From positions 129,396,001 to 129,460,000 of the forward strand of contig CM059432.1 of assembly GCA_030390025.1 (NCBI GenBank): a stretch of DNA of 64,000 bases. Direction: 5' to 3'. Positions within the stretch are counted from its first letter, which is position 1; each line of letters starts with the position of its first letter. The position numbers and the translations under genes are program-made. Positions 26,057-38,639 of this stretch are shown here, piece by piece. The notes beneath the pieces were generated by a model that was not told where the DNA came from, made no database searches, and saw only the letters and a program-made list of their open reading frames with translations. The DNA comes from Squalus acanthias. Its lineage: Eukaryota.

Positions 26057-26637
26057 GGGGTAAAAATTGGGTAGCGCCCCAAAATAGTTAGCGCCCCCGC
26101 GGCCGATTTTCCCAGGTAGCGCCCCGAGAGGGAGGAGGGGCACTACTGGAAGCGCCCCACGTCCCTCTTGGGCACTGCGAGGCAATGTCGCACCGCGGTA
26201 CTGCAGGCCTTCCTCCCCTGATTAAAGGGGACTCAAGAGGAGTGCCGGGCACTCAAGAGGACTGCTGGGTTCAGAGAGAGCAGCCGGCACTCCGCGGGGG
26301 GACTTCACGGGGGCCGGGGACAGCAACGGGGGCAGGTGCTGGCAGGCGGCCAGCAACAAAAATGGCCGCACGCCACCTCCCCATTAACTAGCGCTGCCCC
26401 GGCCGCAGGTAGGCCCCCCTGACCCCGGCGGACATAGCATCCGGCGGTAAGTCGGGGGAACGCCACCCAATGTTACAGCCAGCGCGCGAGCAGGGCGCTG
26501 CGCAGGCGCTAACGGTTAGCGCCGCCGCTAACCTCCCGCTGAATTTCGTGGGAGGCTTTAGTGGCGCCGCGCCCAGGCGCTAGTTGATTTGCGCCCCGTT
26601 AGCGCCCTCTCAGGGCAAATCAACTGAATTTAGCCCC
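26057..26637. mobile_element. GC-rich Harbinger-type MITE rich in TAGCGCCCC motifs
   Basis: TAT TSD (26054-26056 / 26638-26640); TIRs ggggtaaaaatt / aatttagcccc; inserted in the CR1 tail. Confidence 0.85.
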
Positions 26638-28931
26638 TATAACTTTTGAATCTGAATGAGCGCCTCGCCTCCCTGGGGCTAGGGCCTCACATACTAACCA
26701 AAATATGCCTGTTAAAATGTCACAAGGTCAGCGAGAAGATGGTGAGTGGCACACTGCCGATCTCGTCAGGTGTGGGGGCTAAAATTGGGCCTATCGATTC
26801 AGCTACAGCATTGTACGAGGGCCTGTGTGTACCGAGGCTGTTTGATCTGAAAGAAGTTGTTTAAAGTAAAGTGGAATTATAAGCAAAAAGAGAGGGTATT
26901 AGTAAAAAAAAAGGATTCATTACTTTCTTGTTCACAATTCATTTTATGGATTTTTAATTGTACAGGTGAGGTCAATTAAAATCCCAATGGAACCAAATTA
27001 CTTCACAGTAAAATGGCAACGTTTTCCACTCTGTAATAATCTGCACGAAGTGCATCAATAATTTACCATACTCTCATTTTCTAACTTTGTAATTTGTGCT
27101 CAATTTTATTGGCCCGGTGTATATAATGAATATGTAGTCAATGCCAATAGGCGAGGGTGGGGACGTTCATGCTTGCAAATAGACTTTTTTATGCATGTCA
27201 TAACATGTATCATGTCTAGGGGAAGAACAACTTGGCCAACCAGCAGTCAGGTAATAACATGGTGCTAACTGTACACCCAATATTTGGTATGAATTCTGCA
27301 TCAAATTTGCATTACAGGAACAACACAAATAAATCTAAACTGATCTGAATTTGCGCAATTCAGATAAATCTGGCTTATTCCACCTTTGCAAATGATTCTT
27401 AGTTTAATTCTAAGTGGGTCACAAGTGAGCTATCCTCTGCACACTAAGTAGCACAGCTAGTGCCAAGGACAAGATAACTCCTCCAAAAGCTCAACTCTCT
27501 TTGATGTGAAACAATTGCATCAACGATTGATCTAGTCATGTCAATATTATGATGCGATCCTATCAATCTTGTCACTGGTAGGCCTCGAGTGGCTGGAAAA
27601 ACAATCCTGAAACCAGTTTTCAATTAAAGATCAATTTTTGGAATGTTGTTTCAATCTGCCAAATGGGGAACAGAAACCAAGGAGGCTGAGTAAGATGAGC
27701 AAACTGTTTAAAGGGTTTTACTCTTTTTAAAGAGTAAAATAAAGTTAAAACCAGTTTAGGTTACATTAGAAATAAAGTAAAATTGACGTTAAATTAATAA
27801 TAGAAAGAGAGAGAATGTGAAAAGGTAGAGAAAATGAAGATAAAGCAAGTTGAAGTAAAATGGTTAAAATTGTATTTTGTCTGTATCTTAGTTACGTTAT
27901 GCTACGATATGCTATGTTATATTACATTACGTCTAATGTTATGTATGAGTTCAAAACCTGTGCGCTACCACAATCTTGGTAGCTGGGAGCTGGAGTCTAC
28001 CTGGTGATGTTGGCATGCCTGATCCCCCACTATTTTGTATTATTGTATTTATACAGAAGTATAACTCTTTGAATAAAGGGACAAATGCTTTTTAGGACTC
28101 CTGTCCAACTGGGGACAAGATTCCTCCCCTGCCTGGGTTTTTTTTAAAACTACATGTTAATTAGTTACACGCCATTGTTTTCTGCATCATGCTTCTGATT
28201 CCGCACAGTTTCAATCTCGCACAAGACGGTCCGGGGCAGGGTTATCCTGATACTCTCAAGTACAGCAAGGGGAATGTGCCACCTTCACTCACTATTAAGG
28301 GTGCTGAGATAAGTCTGTCACGGTATCACTTGTTGTTTTGCTGCAAGAGCAGGCTGAAAGGGAATTGCGCTGGATTGAAAGGGAAAAGTCACCATCAAGT
28401 GGGGTTGTGAGTTGAGATCAAGCTGAGTGGAGTTGGGGCCTGAAGTGGAGACATGTTGAGAAGTGGGTCTGAAACTGAGGAGGAGAAAAGGGAAGGAATG
28501 CAATGAGAGGGAAGAGCTCAGAAACCTAAAATAGGCACAGGGAATCAAGGAGATTTGGAGAGGCTGATCCCAGAGCATTCACAAATAGGGTTGAACATGG
28601 TGGCATGCAATGAACAGAGAGGCATCACAGAGACATTGGCCGGAATTTGCACCTTTGCGTCGGGTTGGGTGTGTGTGGGGCATGTAGCGGGTCGGAAACG
28701 CGATGTTCTGAGCAGCGCGTTGCTCAGAGCGACTTTAACTTAATGGCCCCAATTGAAAGACTCATGCGCATTTCCCGGCCCTATTAATTGGTGTGGGTCT
28801 GATTACGTCATCAATGATTCGTTTCCAGCGCCCATATTTAAAGCAACCTTGCACTCAACTCACTTGAAGGTTTCCAAAGGAGGGTGGAAGGTGTGAAAGA
28901 AAGGCCACAGGAGAGATAAAACTTTTGAAAC

Positions 28932-30833
28932 ATGGATAGCCAAAAGCAGAAGGCTGCACACCGGTTCTCCGATTCTTCCTTGCATACTCTTGTGGAGGCT
29001 GTCAGAGCACGCAGGGAGGTTCTCTTCCCTGCTGGCAGATGAAGGAGATCTCCGCAGGCAATAAAGAGAGCCTGGCTAGATATAGCTGAGGAGGTCAGCA
29101 GCAGGGATGTAATCAGGAGGACCTGGATACAGTACAGGAAGAGCTTCAATGATCTCATGAGGTCAAGAAAGGTGACTGCAATGCCACATTCACCCTCATC
29201 CTGAAGTGCCTATCAACACATCCCCATCACTCTGCCTTCCCAAGCCTACTCCTGCACATCATCCCTCACACCAAAATTCCTTGCACGTCCACCCGTCCCT
29301 CTCTATGTAGATACCCACATCCCCATCGGACTAACCACCCCTCACACTCACCCTCATCCTAATGCAATCACAGCAAGTTACACCGCAGAAGGAGGCCATT
29401 TGGTATTGGCACCCCACTCCCTCATAGTCACCCTCTGCAGATGTAGCCCATCCATTCCTTACACTCATTCCATCACTCTCACTCAAACTTCTCTTCTTTT
29501 CCTCCTTGCAGGAGAAGAGAGCCCAGAACAACAAGGAGAGGGAGAGAACCGGAGGTGGCCCTCCAGTAATTGCACACCTCACAGTAGCAGAAGAGGCAGC
29601 TCTGGAAATTTCAGGAACTCAAGAGATGTAGGCAGTGGGAGATGGAGAGCGGGGCACATCCCAGCAACCTGGTGACAGAATCACATCTCATAAAGCCACA
29701 TGGCATACAACAGTCATCCATATGGTGACTCATGTCAGCATCCAGTGAAATGTCATCATGTGCATAATGGTAACATTACCCATTCTTATTATAACACTTC
29801 TAATTCAACTCTTTACTCTCGCACAGGTTCTCAACTGCCCCCCGCACCACCCCCCCCCCCCCCGCACCGCACCTCCCCCCCTCCCCCGCCCTGTCCAGCC
29901 GGAGGAGAAAGACGACTCCTCAGAGGAGCCTTCAGCCTCTGAGGGTGCAGCATCAGCAGACCAAAGCTCACCCAGCACCAGCGCAGATACACACACCTCA
30001 GTGGGTCCTTTGCGTCATAGAGTAGAGTTGTCACCTGGTGTCTCACAAGTGAGCAAGAGCAGATGGTGTTGACAGGGACAGCAGTGGAGACTCCTCGCCA
30101 GAGGGCGCAGGACGCTCCCAGCTCTGCTGAGCTGCATGCAGACGCTGAGCCTCGGGGGCCATCGAGAAAGAGGGTGATCTTGGTGGGGCAGCAACAATTG
30201 CATGAGGCTTTGGCATCTTTTGCAGCCACGATGTCTGCAAATGTTCAGAGAATGGAGGAGTCCATCTCCAACATGAGCACCATCATGTCGCAGGTGATGG
30301 CGACAATGTGCTGTTTCATGGAAAGGATGGCCACCTCCATGGAGCAGCAAATGCGCCAGTCACATGACCACATGCTAGCTGTGGACAACAGATGGCAGGC
30401 GCTCATACACCTCCTCTCAAGGAGGGATGTAAACGCTGACTTGGGTCCTCATGGCTCCACTGCTGTGCAGCAAGATGCTCGCCAGCTCCTTGCTAGCAGG
30501 GAGGTGCGGGTGGCCCATGAGAGGGATGATGCTGAGAGGGGACATGGAAGTGGGGGCTCTTCTCAATGAACTCCTACTTCTCCCCCATTGCCTGCCCCTC
30601 AGTCAGAGCCCCACATGCTTCCTCAAATCGCGATGGCCAAGTCTGCCCCTGCACAGTCGCAGGAGGAGCAGACTTTGGCGGAGCCATCACAGGCTCCAAA
30701 ATCCAGAGGACGTCTGCCAAAAGTGTCTACGCAGTCGCAGCATGGATGTGAGCAGCCTGCAACTACCTCTGCTGAAGGCATAGGAGTTGCACCTCGTAGA
30801 AGCACTCGCAAACGAAAAATGACACAAAAGTAG
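28932..30833 (+). pseudogene. Harbinger Myb/SANT-like DNA-binding protein gene, 3 exons (28932-29171, 29512-29671, 29827-30833), with stops and frameshifts
   Basis: Exon 1: MDSQKQKAAHRFSDSSLHTLVEAVRARREVLFP...RAWLDIAEEVSSRDVIRRTWIQYRKSFNDLMRSRK|gt. Exon 2: ag|EKRAQNNKERERTGGGPP. C-terminal RRSTRKRK is NLS-like. In-frame stops in exons 1 and 2. Confidence 0.85.
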
Positions 30834-31091
30834 ATGCACAAGGGTAAGCACGTGGGTGTATCAACAAATGTTAGTGCTAAGTTTTTGTTGTTTTGATTGG
30901 ACACATAAATGTTTTTCTTTGCACCACTTTTGGGTCTTGCCCATTTTTGTCTTAGCCTTGGAAGTGGCTTTGGAGTGAATAGTGACACATTATTTAACCT
31001 CAAGCATTGGGCCTTTGGGTGAGAGCAATGGCTTGGTCATTGTAGGGATGCTTTATGGTGTTGTTGGGGGTTGGGGGGGGGGGCGGGCTAG

Positions 31092-32153
31092 TTAGTACAG
31101 CATGTGGCAGGCATGCTGCATTGGAGCAAGTTCATTAAATCTGGCCATGATGAGGCCATCCCGGGCCACCCAGGCAGCAATGTGCGCCGCTGCTGGTGGC
31201 ATCTGCATCTCAGTTTCCTCCTCCTCCTCATCTTCCACCTGCTCATCCTTCTCCTCCTCCTCTGAAGAAACTGTGTGCTGTGCGCCTTGCTCCTCCTGCA
31301 GCTCCAATCCTCGCTGTTGCGCTATGTTGTGTAGGATGCAGCAGATGACAATGATTCTGGAGATCCTGGCTGGTGCGTACTGAAGGGCTCCTCCAGATCT
31401 GTCAAGGCATCTGAAGCACATCTTCAGCATACCTATTGCTCGCTCTACGACACATCTGGTGGACATGTGGCTCTCATTATAACGCTCCTCGGCCTCAGTA
31501 GTTGGCCTCCTCAGGGGTGTCATGAGCCATGTCTTCAGTGGATATCCCTTGTCTCCAAGCAGCCAGCCGGTAAGTCTGTTTGGAGGTGCGAAGAGCTGAG
31601 GAAGGGTGTACTGGCACAGCACAAAAGAGTCATGACAGCTGCCACGGAATCTGGCACACACAAGCATAATCATCTTTTTATGATTGCAGACAAGTTGCAC
31701 ATTGAGGGAGTGGAAGCCTTTACAGTTCACAAAGACTCCTGGGTGTTGATGGGGTGCCTTGATGGCCACATGTGTGCAGTCGATGACGCCCTGCACCTGT
31801 AGGAAGTCAGCCAGAGCCGCAAAGCCGAGCGCCCACTTAGTAACATTGGCTTCATCAGTAGCAAAGTTGATATAATTGGCTGACTTGTGAAACATGGCAC
31901 CGGTCATCTGTGTGAAGCATCTGTGGGCAGCCGATTGGGAGATGCCGCAAATGTCTGCTGCAGATCCCTGGAAGGAGCCTGAGGCGAAGAAGTTGAGGGC
32001 GGTGGTGATTTTGACAGCCATTGGCAAGGAGTGTCCACCAGGACCTCTGGGCTGCAGGTCTTGCTCCAGCAAGGTACAAATGTCTGTAACGACCTGGCGC
32101 GATAGCCTGAGCCTCCTGAAGCACTGCTGCTCAGTCATGTTGAGGAAGCTCAT
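31092..32153 (-). CDS. Harbinger DDE transposase (HARBI1-like), uninterrupted 353-aa ORF; likely original start at 32375, with two upstream in-frame stops
   Basis: [18 protein letters not shown] (HTH), [60 protein letters not shown], acidic tail. Confidence 0.9.
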   Translation of the reverse strand: MSFLNMTEQQCFRRLRLSRQVVTDICTLLEQDLQPRGPGGHSLPMAVKITTALNFFASGSFQGSAADICGISQSAAHRCFTQMTGAMFHKSANYINFATDEANVTKWALGFAALADFLQVQGVIDCTHVAIKAPHQHPGVFVNCKGFHSLNVQLVCNHKKMIMLVCARFRGSCHDSFVLCQYTLPQLFAPPNRLTGWLLGDKGYPLKTWLMTPLRRPTTEAEERYNESHMSTRCVVERAIGMLKMCFRCLDRSGGALQYAPARISRIIVICCILHNIAQQRGLELQEEQGAQHTVSSEEEEKDEQVEDEEEEETEMQMPPAAAHIAAWVARDGLIMARFNELAPMQHACHMLY

Positions 32154-32639
32154 CCTCTGCCTGTATATCCTGTGTTGGGGGTATTGCCTCCGGTGTGGTG
32201 CAGCCCTGTGGTGCCTCCCTCTCTCCTGTGAAGCATCAGGTCATTGAGGAGAAAGCTGCTATTGTGGTTGCTGCTGTTGCTGTCAGTGTGGCTGGTGTGG
32301 CTGGTGTTGTTGGTGGTGGGGCTCATCTTGGTCCGATTCTGAGGACCAAGGTGAGACAGTATAAGCGGCACCCATGCTGATGTCGCAGATGGCAGGTAAA
32401 GTAGCGATCAGAGGGCCAGTGACTAGCAATGTGCTGAGAGCGGCTTCCGAGGTTGCAAAAATGACCTGCAAACTCCAGAAACCTAAATCTGTGCACAAAA
32501 TGGAGTCATCAACAGCCTTGCCTTGGGCAACTTAGGTATTTCTTTGGCATTCCCAGCTGCCAATTAATGCACTCGCACTATGGCCACTGAACTTCCGCCT
32601 CTTCTCACAGGCGAGGTTCCTGAGCTGTGTGCTTCTGGT

Positions 32640-32980
32640 GCTCAGAACATGAGTTCAGGTCCCATCACCGCAGCTGGGGAATTTAAATTCAGTTAATTAA
32701 ATAAATTTGGAATAAAAAGCTAGTATTAGTAATGAAAACCCACCTGGTTCTCTAATCTGCCGTCCTTACCCGGTCTGGCCTATATGTGACTCCAAGCCCA
32801 CAGCAATGTGGTTGACTCTTAACTGCCCTCTGAAATGGCCACTCAGTTGTATCAAAAAACTGTTACGATGGACTGCACTGGTTCAAGAAGGCGGCTCACC
32901 ACCACCTTCTCAAGGGCAATTAGGGATGGGCAATAAGTGCTGGCCTTGCCAGTGATGCCCACATCCAATGAATAAAAAAA
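32640..32980 (+). mobile_element. SINE (MER131/Meta-like core with LINE-derived tail) inserted in the Harbinger subterminal region
   Basis: ctgccgtccttacccggtctggcctatatgtgactcc...gttgactcttaactgccctctgaa, followed by the tail shared with 500-790. Confidence 0.7.
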
Positions 32981-33741
32981 AATGACTTTAATTAGGTTGC
33001 TCACCTCTCCCAATCGGGTCCGTGGTGTCCTAGCAAATGAGTTATAGGCGGGATGCTGCCTATTTTCGTTATTTTTACAGCTGACCCACCTCCAAACCCG
33101 CACGCACAGCAATGGGAAAATTCCGGCCCACTGAGTAGGAGAGAAGGAGGATCTTGGAGACAATAAGTAACCTAGAAAGGGGAGAGGGGCATGGTCTGTC
33201 CCATTGTCTACAAAACTGAAAATTTGTGAGAAATTTCTTAAGATTAGCAGGTGACTTTTCTTAACTCCATGAAGTAAAACATGCAGCCTGGATTTTCCAC
33301 TCCGGGAGTCGTGCTCTGCAGCTGCAATCAGGCAGCCAGGAGCGGAACGTGGCTGGCGATTCCATCTCACTGGAACTCTTCCCCCTTTACACCTAGACGT
33401 ACTTTCCGGGACAGTGGGGAAACCATGGCGGATGCTTCATTTTTAGCATTTGTTCTGAGGCAGGTACAAGTGATATACCAGCAACTTAATTTACAAGCCC
33501 GTGTCCCATTGCAGTGTGACAACTTGATTGCATGTCATGGGCCTAGATCAGAGTTATTGTTTGGAGTCTATTTTTTGGGCTGTGTTAGTTTTTTTGGAAT
33601 TTTTGATCCACTTTTGTTAATGATCTAAATTGGCATGTCCGAGAGGAGCAAAAAAGATGAAAAAAAGATAGAAAGATAGAAAGAAAGTAAGAAAGGTCGA
33701 AACTTCAAGTAAAGAGAAAGATATAGAAATGTAAAGAAAGA

Positions 33742-34175
33742 AATTGCCTTTATAAAGCGCCTTTCACAACTTCAGGATGTCTTAAAGGGCTTTAAGCCAA
33801 TTAAGTATTTTTGAAGTGCAATCACTGTTGTAATGTAGGAAACGCAGCAGCCAATTTGTGCACAGCAAGGTCCCACAAACAGCAATGTGACAATAGCCAG
33901 ATAATCTGGTTTAGTGATAAATATTGTCCAGGACACCAGGGAGAACTCCCTTGCTCTGATTGGAATTAGTGCTATAGGATATTCAGATCCACCTGAGAGG
34001 GCAGACGGGGCCTTCATTTAACGTTTCATCTGAAAGATGGCTCCTCCAACAGTGCAGCTCTCCCTCAGCACTGCACTGTTGTCAGCCTGGATTATGAGCT
34101 CAAGTCTCTGGAGTGGGGCTTGACACCCACAACTTTCTAGACTCAGAGGCGAGAGTGCTACCCACTGAGCCACGG
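33742..34175 (-). mobile_element. Full-length tRNA-headed Deu-domain SINE
   Basis: rc head cgtggctcagtgggtagcactctcgcctctgagtc, Deu core and L2-type tail. Confidence 0.85.
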
Positions 34176-34329
34176 TTGAGACAATAGACAAGAGTGAAGG
34201 AGAAGCAGGGGGGGGAGAGAAACAGGATTGGAAGAAAAGGTTGTGAGAAACTGTAAGAATAATGTGGTGTACCCAGCCTGAAGAAGTTTGAGAGCCACTG
34301 AAATAGCAAATGTTCCCCGATATGATTTT

Positions 34330-34935
34330 AAAAAATTTATTCACAGGATGTGGCTTCACTGGCAAGGCCACCATTTATTGTCCATCCCTAACTGCCCTTG
34401 AGAAGGTGGTGGTGGTAAACCATGGTGAAGGTGGAGAATATTCCATCACACTTCTGACTTGTGCCTTGTGGACGGTGGAAAGGCTTTGGGGAGTCAGGAA
34501 GTGTGTCACTAGCTGCAGAATACCCAGCCTCTGAACTGCTCTTGTAGCCACAGTATTTATGTGGCTGTTCCAGTTATATTTCTGGTCAATCGTGATCCCC
34601 AGGATGTTGATGGTGGGGGATTCAGCGAAGGTAATGCTGTTGAATGTCAAGGGGAGATGGTTAGACTCTCTCTTGTTGGAGATGGTCATTGCCTGGCACT
34701 TGTGTGGCGTGAATGTTACCTGCCACTTATCAGCCCAAGCCTGAATGTTGTCCAGGTCTTGCTGCATGCGGGCATGGACTGCTTCATTATCTGAAGAGTT
34801 GTGAATGGCACTGAACACTGTGCAGTCATCAGCGAACATCCCCACTTCTGACCCTATGATGGAGGGAAGGTCATTGATGAAGCAGCTGAAGAAGGTTGGG
34901 CCTAGGACACTGTCCTGAGGAACTCCTGCAGCGAT
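34330..34935 (-). mobile_element. CR1-group LINE RT fragment with an internal deletion joined to the 3' end
   Basis: ORF 34375-34968: GVPQDSVLGP, FINDLP, MFADD, MQQDLDNIQAWADKWQVTF, KAQVRSVMEY. Confidence 0.9.
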
Positions 34936-35139
34936 GAGCATGAGTAGAAGTCTGTCTCTGATGAACAAAGTTTCAACTTCATTTCAGATGATGACTGGGA
35001 GGAGGCAGAGCGAATGGTTCACCTGATTAAAAATTCATGCATTCAGTTACGAGAACAAATGACAGGCAGGCACAAGAGATGCTGAGAGGTTTTTCTATTT
35101 TACTTTTAATTTAATTACACTTGATTGACTGGGCTGGTG

Positions 35140-35520
35140 GGAGAGAGCTTGAGAGGCATAGAAAGTTAGAGACAGGCAGAGGCAGAGACTGAACACACAG
35201 GATAATAAGGATTAGAGAGAGAACAGTAGAAACAGCAGGGAATGAGAAAGAGGGAGACTATCGAAGCTGTAGAAATTGAGATAGGAACAGATACATAGAC
35301 AGAGGCATAAATTAGTACAAGAGCAGCAGAGTGATAGAGAGACAGGGGTAGAAACACACAGAGAGCGAGAGAAAAAAACAATAAGGGAAGAGAAAAAAAA
35401 TTCTAAAATCTGTAGAAAAGCAGACAGAAATAGAGGGGAAAATATTACAGAAAATATAGAAGTAAAGAAAGAGGAGGGGAGCGATAATATTGAAACCAGA
35501 AATAGGCTAGAGAAATCAGA
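35140..35520. repeat. GA-rich low-complexity tract
   Basis: Purine-biased, degenerate (AG)n sequence. Confidence 0.6.
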
Positions 35521-36074
35521 GTGATGGAAATCATTGATTGCAATTTGCGCTAAATACTGTCTGCACAATGCTGCACAAAACTGCATACACCTATGGTGCA
35601 TGCGCCATTTTGAGTAATTAAATGAATACTTTTGGACTATATTTGATTAATTACCATTTGGTTATGGATATCCTGAAAACTCGGCAATACTTATTTCAGC
35701 ATCACTGCAGCCTGGAGAGCGGGGAGAGAAGAGAGTAAGCAAGACAGGCAGATGCTGTTGGAGGGTGGGGGTGGGGGGAGTGGGGGTGGGGGGAGTAGCA
35801 GGAAGAGGGAAGGTGACCCTTTTGAGGGGGAGAATAAGACAGACCATTTTGCAGACAAAGGGGGAACGAGACAAGGAGTAACATCCATTTAGGCTGGAGG
35901 GGGGAGAGAGACAGACAGAGAGAGACCTTATTCAACATGGAAAGAAAGAGAAAGGGAGATCTGTTGAGTAGAGGAGGGGAAAAATGAGAGAAGGAGAGAA
36001 ACTCTGTTGTGGGTAGGGGAGAGGAGTGGAGTGGATGCTAACTCTAGCTCTGCTGGGAGGGTCAGTTACAAACT

Positions 36075-36828
36075 CCGTTCCCAAGCCACCAACTCCATCC
36101 CTCTCCCTGGCAACTGTCTGAGGCTGAACCAGACTCTTCACAACCTTCGTGTCATACTTGACACTGAGATGAGTGTCTGACCACATATCCGGACCATAAC
36201 TAAGACCGCCTATTTCCATCTCCGTAACATCGCCCGTCTCCGCCCCTGCCTCAGCTCATCTGCTGCTGAAACCCTCATCCATGCCTTTGTTACCTCTAGA
36301 CTTTACTATTCCAACGCACTCCCGGCTGGTCTCCCATTTTCTACCCTCCGTAAACTTGAGGTCATCCAAAACTCTGCTGCCCGTGTCCTAACTTGCACCC
36401 ATCACCTACCTCGATTTAAAAATTCTCATTCTTGTTTTAAAATCCCTCCATGGCCCCGCCCCTCCCTATCTCTGTAATCTCCTTCAGTTCTACAACCCTC
36501 CAAGATATCTGCGCTCTTCCAATTCTGGCCTCTTGAGCATCCCTGATTTTAATCGCTCCACCATCGGTGGCCGTGCCTTCTGTTGCCTAGGCCCTAAGCT
36601 CTAGAATTCCCTCCCTAAACCTCTCTGCCTCTCTACCTCTCTTTCTTCCTTTAAGTCACTCCTTAAAATCTACCTCTTTGACCAAGTTTTTTGTCATTTG
36701 GCCTAATATCTCCTTAAGTGGCTCGGTGTCAAATTTTGTTTGATAATCATTCATGTGAAGCACCTTGGGACGTTTTACTACGTTAAAGGTGCTATATAAA
36801 TGCAAGTTGTTGTTGTTGTTGTTGTTGT
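36075..36828 (+). mobile_element. L2 LINE 3' portion with (GTT)n tail
   Basis: KTAYFHLRNIARLRPCL..AETLIHAFVTSRL.YSNAL, then L2 3' UTR and microsatellite 36806-36828. Confidence 0.92.
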
Positions 36829-37249
36829 AAGGACCTAGCTGGCCAACAATGAGTAACACCACTAGTTTTTGCAATAAGATGTCTTCTGTCTGTCACGTAC
36901 GTAAAATGTGACGTGTAAGTTGTGACCGTTGATTCTGTCTGGGGTGGCCAGAGGAGAGACGGAGGGAACCCCTCATAGTGGGGAGGGATATAAAGAGAGA
37001 AATAATCTGTTGGGGTGGTGGGAGGATGAGGATGCACCCTATTGAGGAAGGACAGAGGAGAGACCCTTTTAAGGAGCGGGAGAAAATAAGATTGCTGGCC
37101 TATTGAGATAGGTGAAGAGTGGGCAAGAGAGGGAGAGAAACCCTTCTGCAGGGGAGAGGGACGAGGGGAGGAATCTTTGGCTCTCTTGGGAGCTGGAAAA
37201 ATAGTTGCTGTTGGGGATGTTGGGGTTCAGCAAACCCACATTATAACCC

Positions 37250-37822
37250 AGCGGGGGGGCGCTAACTGGGCACAAATCCCCTAGCGCCCGGGCACGGCGC
37301 CGCTAACACCTCCCGCGAAATTCAGCGGGAGGTTAGCGGCGGCGGTAGCTGGTAGCGCCCCGCAGCACTGCGCCGCAAGCAATGATGTCATCACTGTGCG
37401 CAGTGCCCCGCTCGCGCCCCGGCCGCTAACTTCCCTTGCGCCCCCTGACCTATCGCTGGACGATACATGCGACAGGATCATGGGGCATTTTTGCAGCGGC
37501 GGCGACGCAAGTTAAAGGGGCAGGTGTCGGGCGGCCATTTTTATTTTGGCCGCCTGCCAGCACCTGCCCCCCTTTCACTTTTGTATGCGGGGTGCCAGCC
37601 GCGATCGCTCAGCCCGGCACCCCGCTCCAGCAGGGCCCCAGTGCGCACAGCGCTAGGCCCCTCCCCTTTAATTAGGGGAGAAGACCTGTAATGACGCGGC
37701 GCTACATGCCGTCAAATTCAGTAGTAGCACCCCAAGCAGGAGGTGGAGCGCTCTCCAGTAACTAAAATTAGCGCCCCGGCAATGTTAGCGCCCCAAAAGG
37801 GGCACCACCCAAGTTTTCCCCC
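37250..37822. mobile_element. GC-rich Harbinger-type MITE related to 26057-26637 (opposite orientation)
   Basis: cctcccgcgaaattcagcgggaggttagcggcggc is the rc counterpart of 26520-26556; right end aagttttccccc. Confidence 0.75.
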
Positions 37823-38639
37823 TACATCTTCTGATTCACAATGAGCAATGCCACAGGAGATCCACTAGCAATATTAATGCAGCATTTTTATGGGTTCCAA
37901 ACCTCCAATGTTGTGTTTAGTTTTTGTCTCACTTAAAAATACTGAATAAACAACAACTTGGTGATGTATAGTAAAGCACTGCTGTACCTGGCAACAGATC
38001 ACATTCCCTGTTACCTGATAACCTTGAATTTGATTATCTCTGGTGCTTGGGGATGTTCTGAAAACATTGGACATTTCACAATACTCACTGAGACACCAGC
38101 AAACCAATTTGAAGTTTTTAACATGTGTGGGAGTAATTAGATTGAGTAATTAGTGTTCTTGTAAACACGTTCTGAAAATTAATAATTACTAATTAGTACA
38201 ATGATTAACAGTAAAGAAATCAACTAAAAAAAATCTTGAAATGTCTGAGCGTGTATTTATTAATTGACTTAATTTCAACTGATCAGCAATGTCAATTTCA
38301 TGCATGAGAACAATACTTTCCTTTGGGAGCCCAACTTACATCAATTATAACAGACATGATGGAATAAAATAGAATATATAGTTTTTCAACAAAAAAGTTA
38401 TGCAAGGAAGTTTTATTTTATTCATACATTTTTTAAAGTTATTAACTACACATACCATAGTGCTCATGAGTGTCCAACTTAAAAATCGTGGAGAGAGTTC
38501 AAAATATTCAGAATTCACACACTTGTGGGAATCACCCGATTATATTACAATTCCTGGCTTTTCAAATATTGATACTTAAAATTAACTTAAATGACTTGGG
38601 ATGATACAGGAGTTTAAACCTAATCATTTACCCTCTAGG

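Larger units (their letters stand above)
28637..33129. mobile_element. PIF/Harbinger DNA transposon, two-gene structure, mutated
   Basis: TIRs ggccggaattt / aaattccggcc; Myb-like gene (+) converging on a DDE transposase (-); TSD imperfect (att/act). Confidence 0.93.

Noticed and set aside
26057..26637. CpG-island promoter (also 14984-15536 and 37250-37822)
   Set aside because: Bounded by TIR-like termini (with a TSD at 26057) and repeated within the window; these are MITEs.
31092..32153. Host HARBI1 orthologue
   Set aside because: It lies between TIRs next to a Myb-like partner and has related decayed copies nearby, so it is a transposon gene; no gene symbol assigned.
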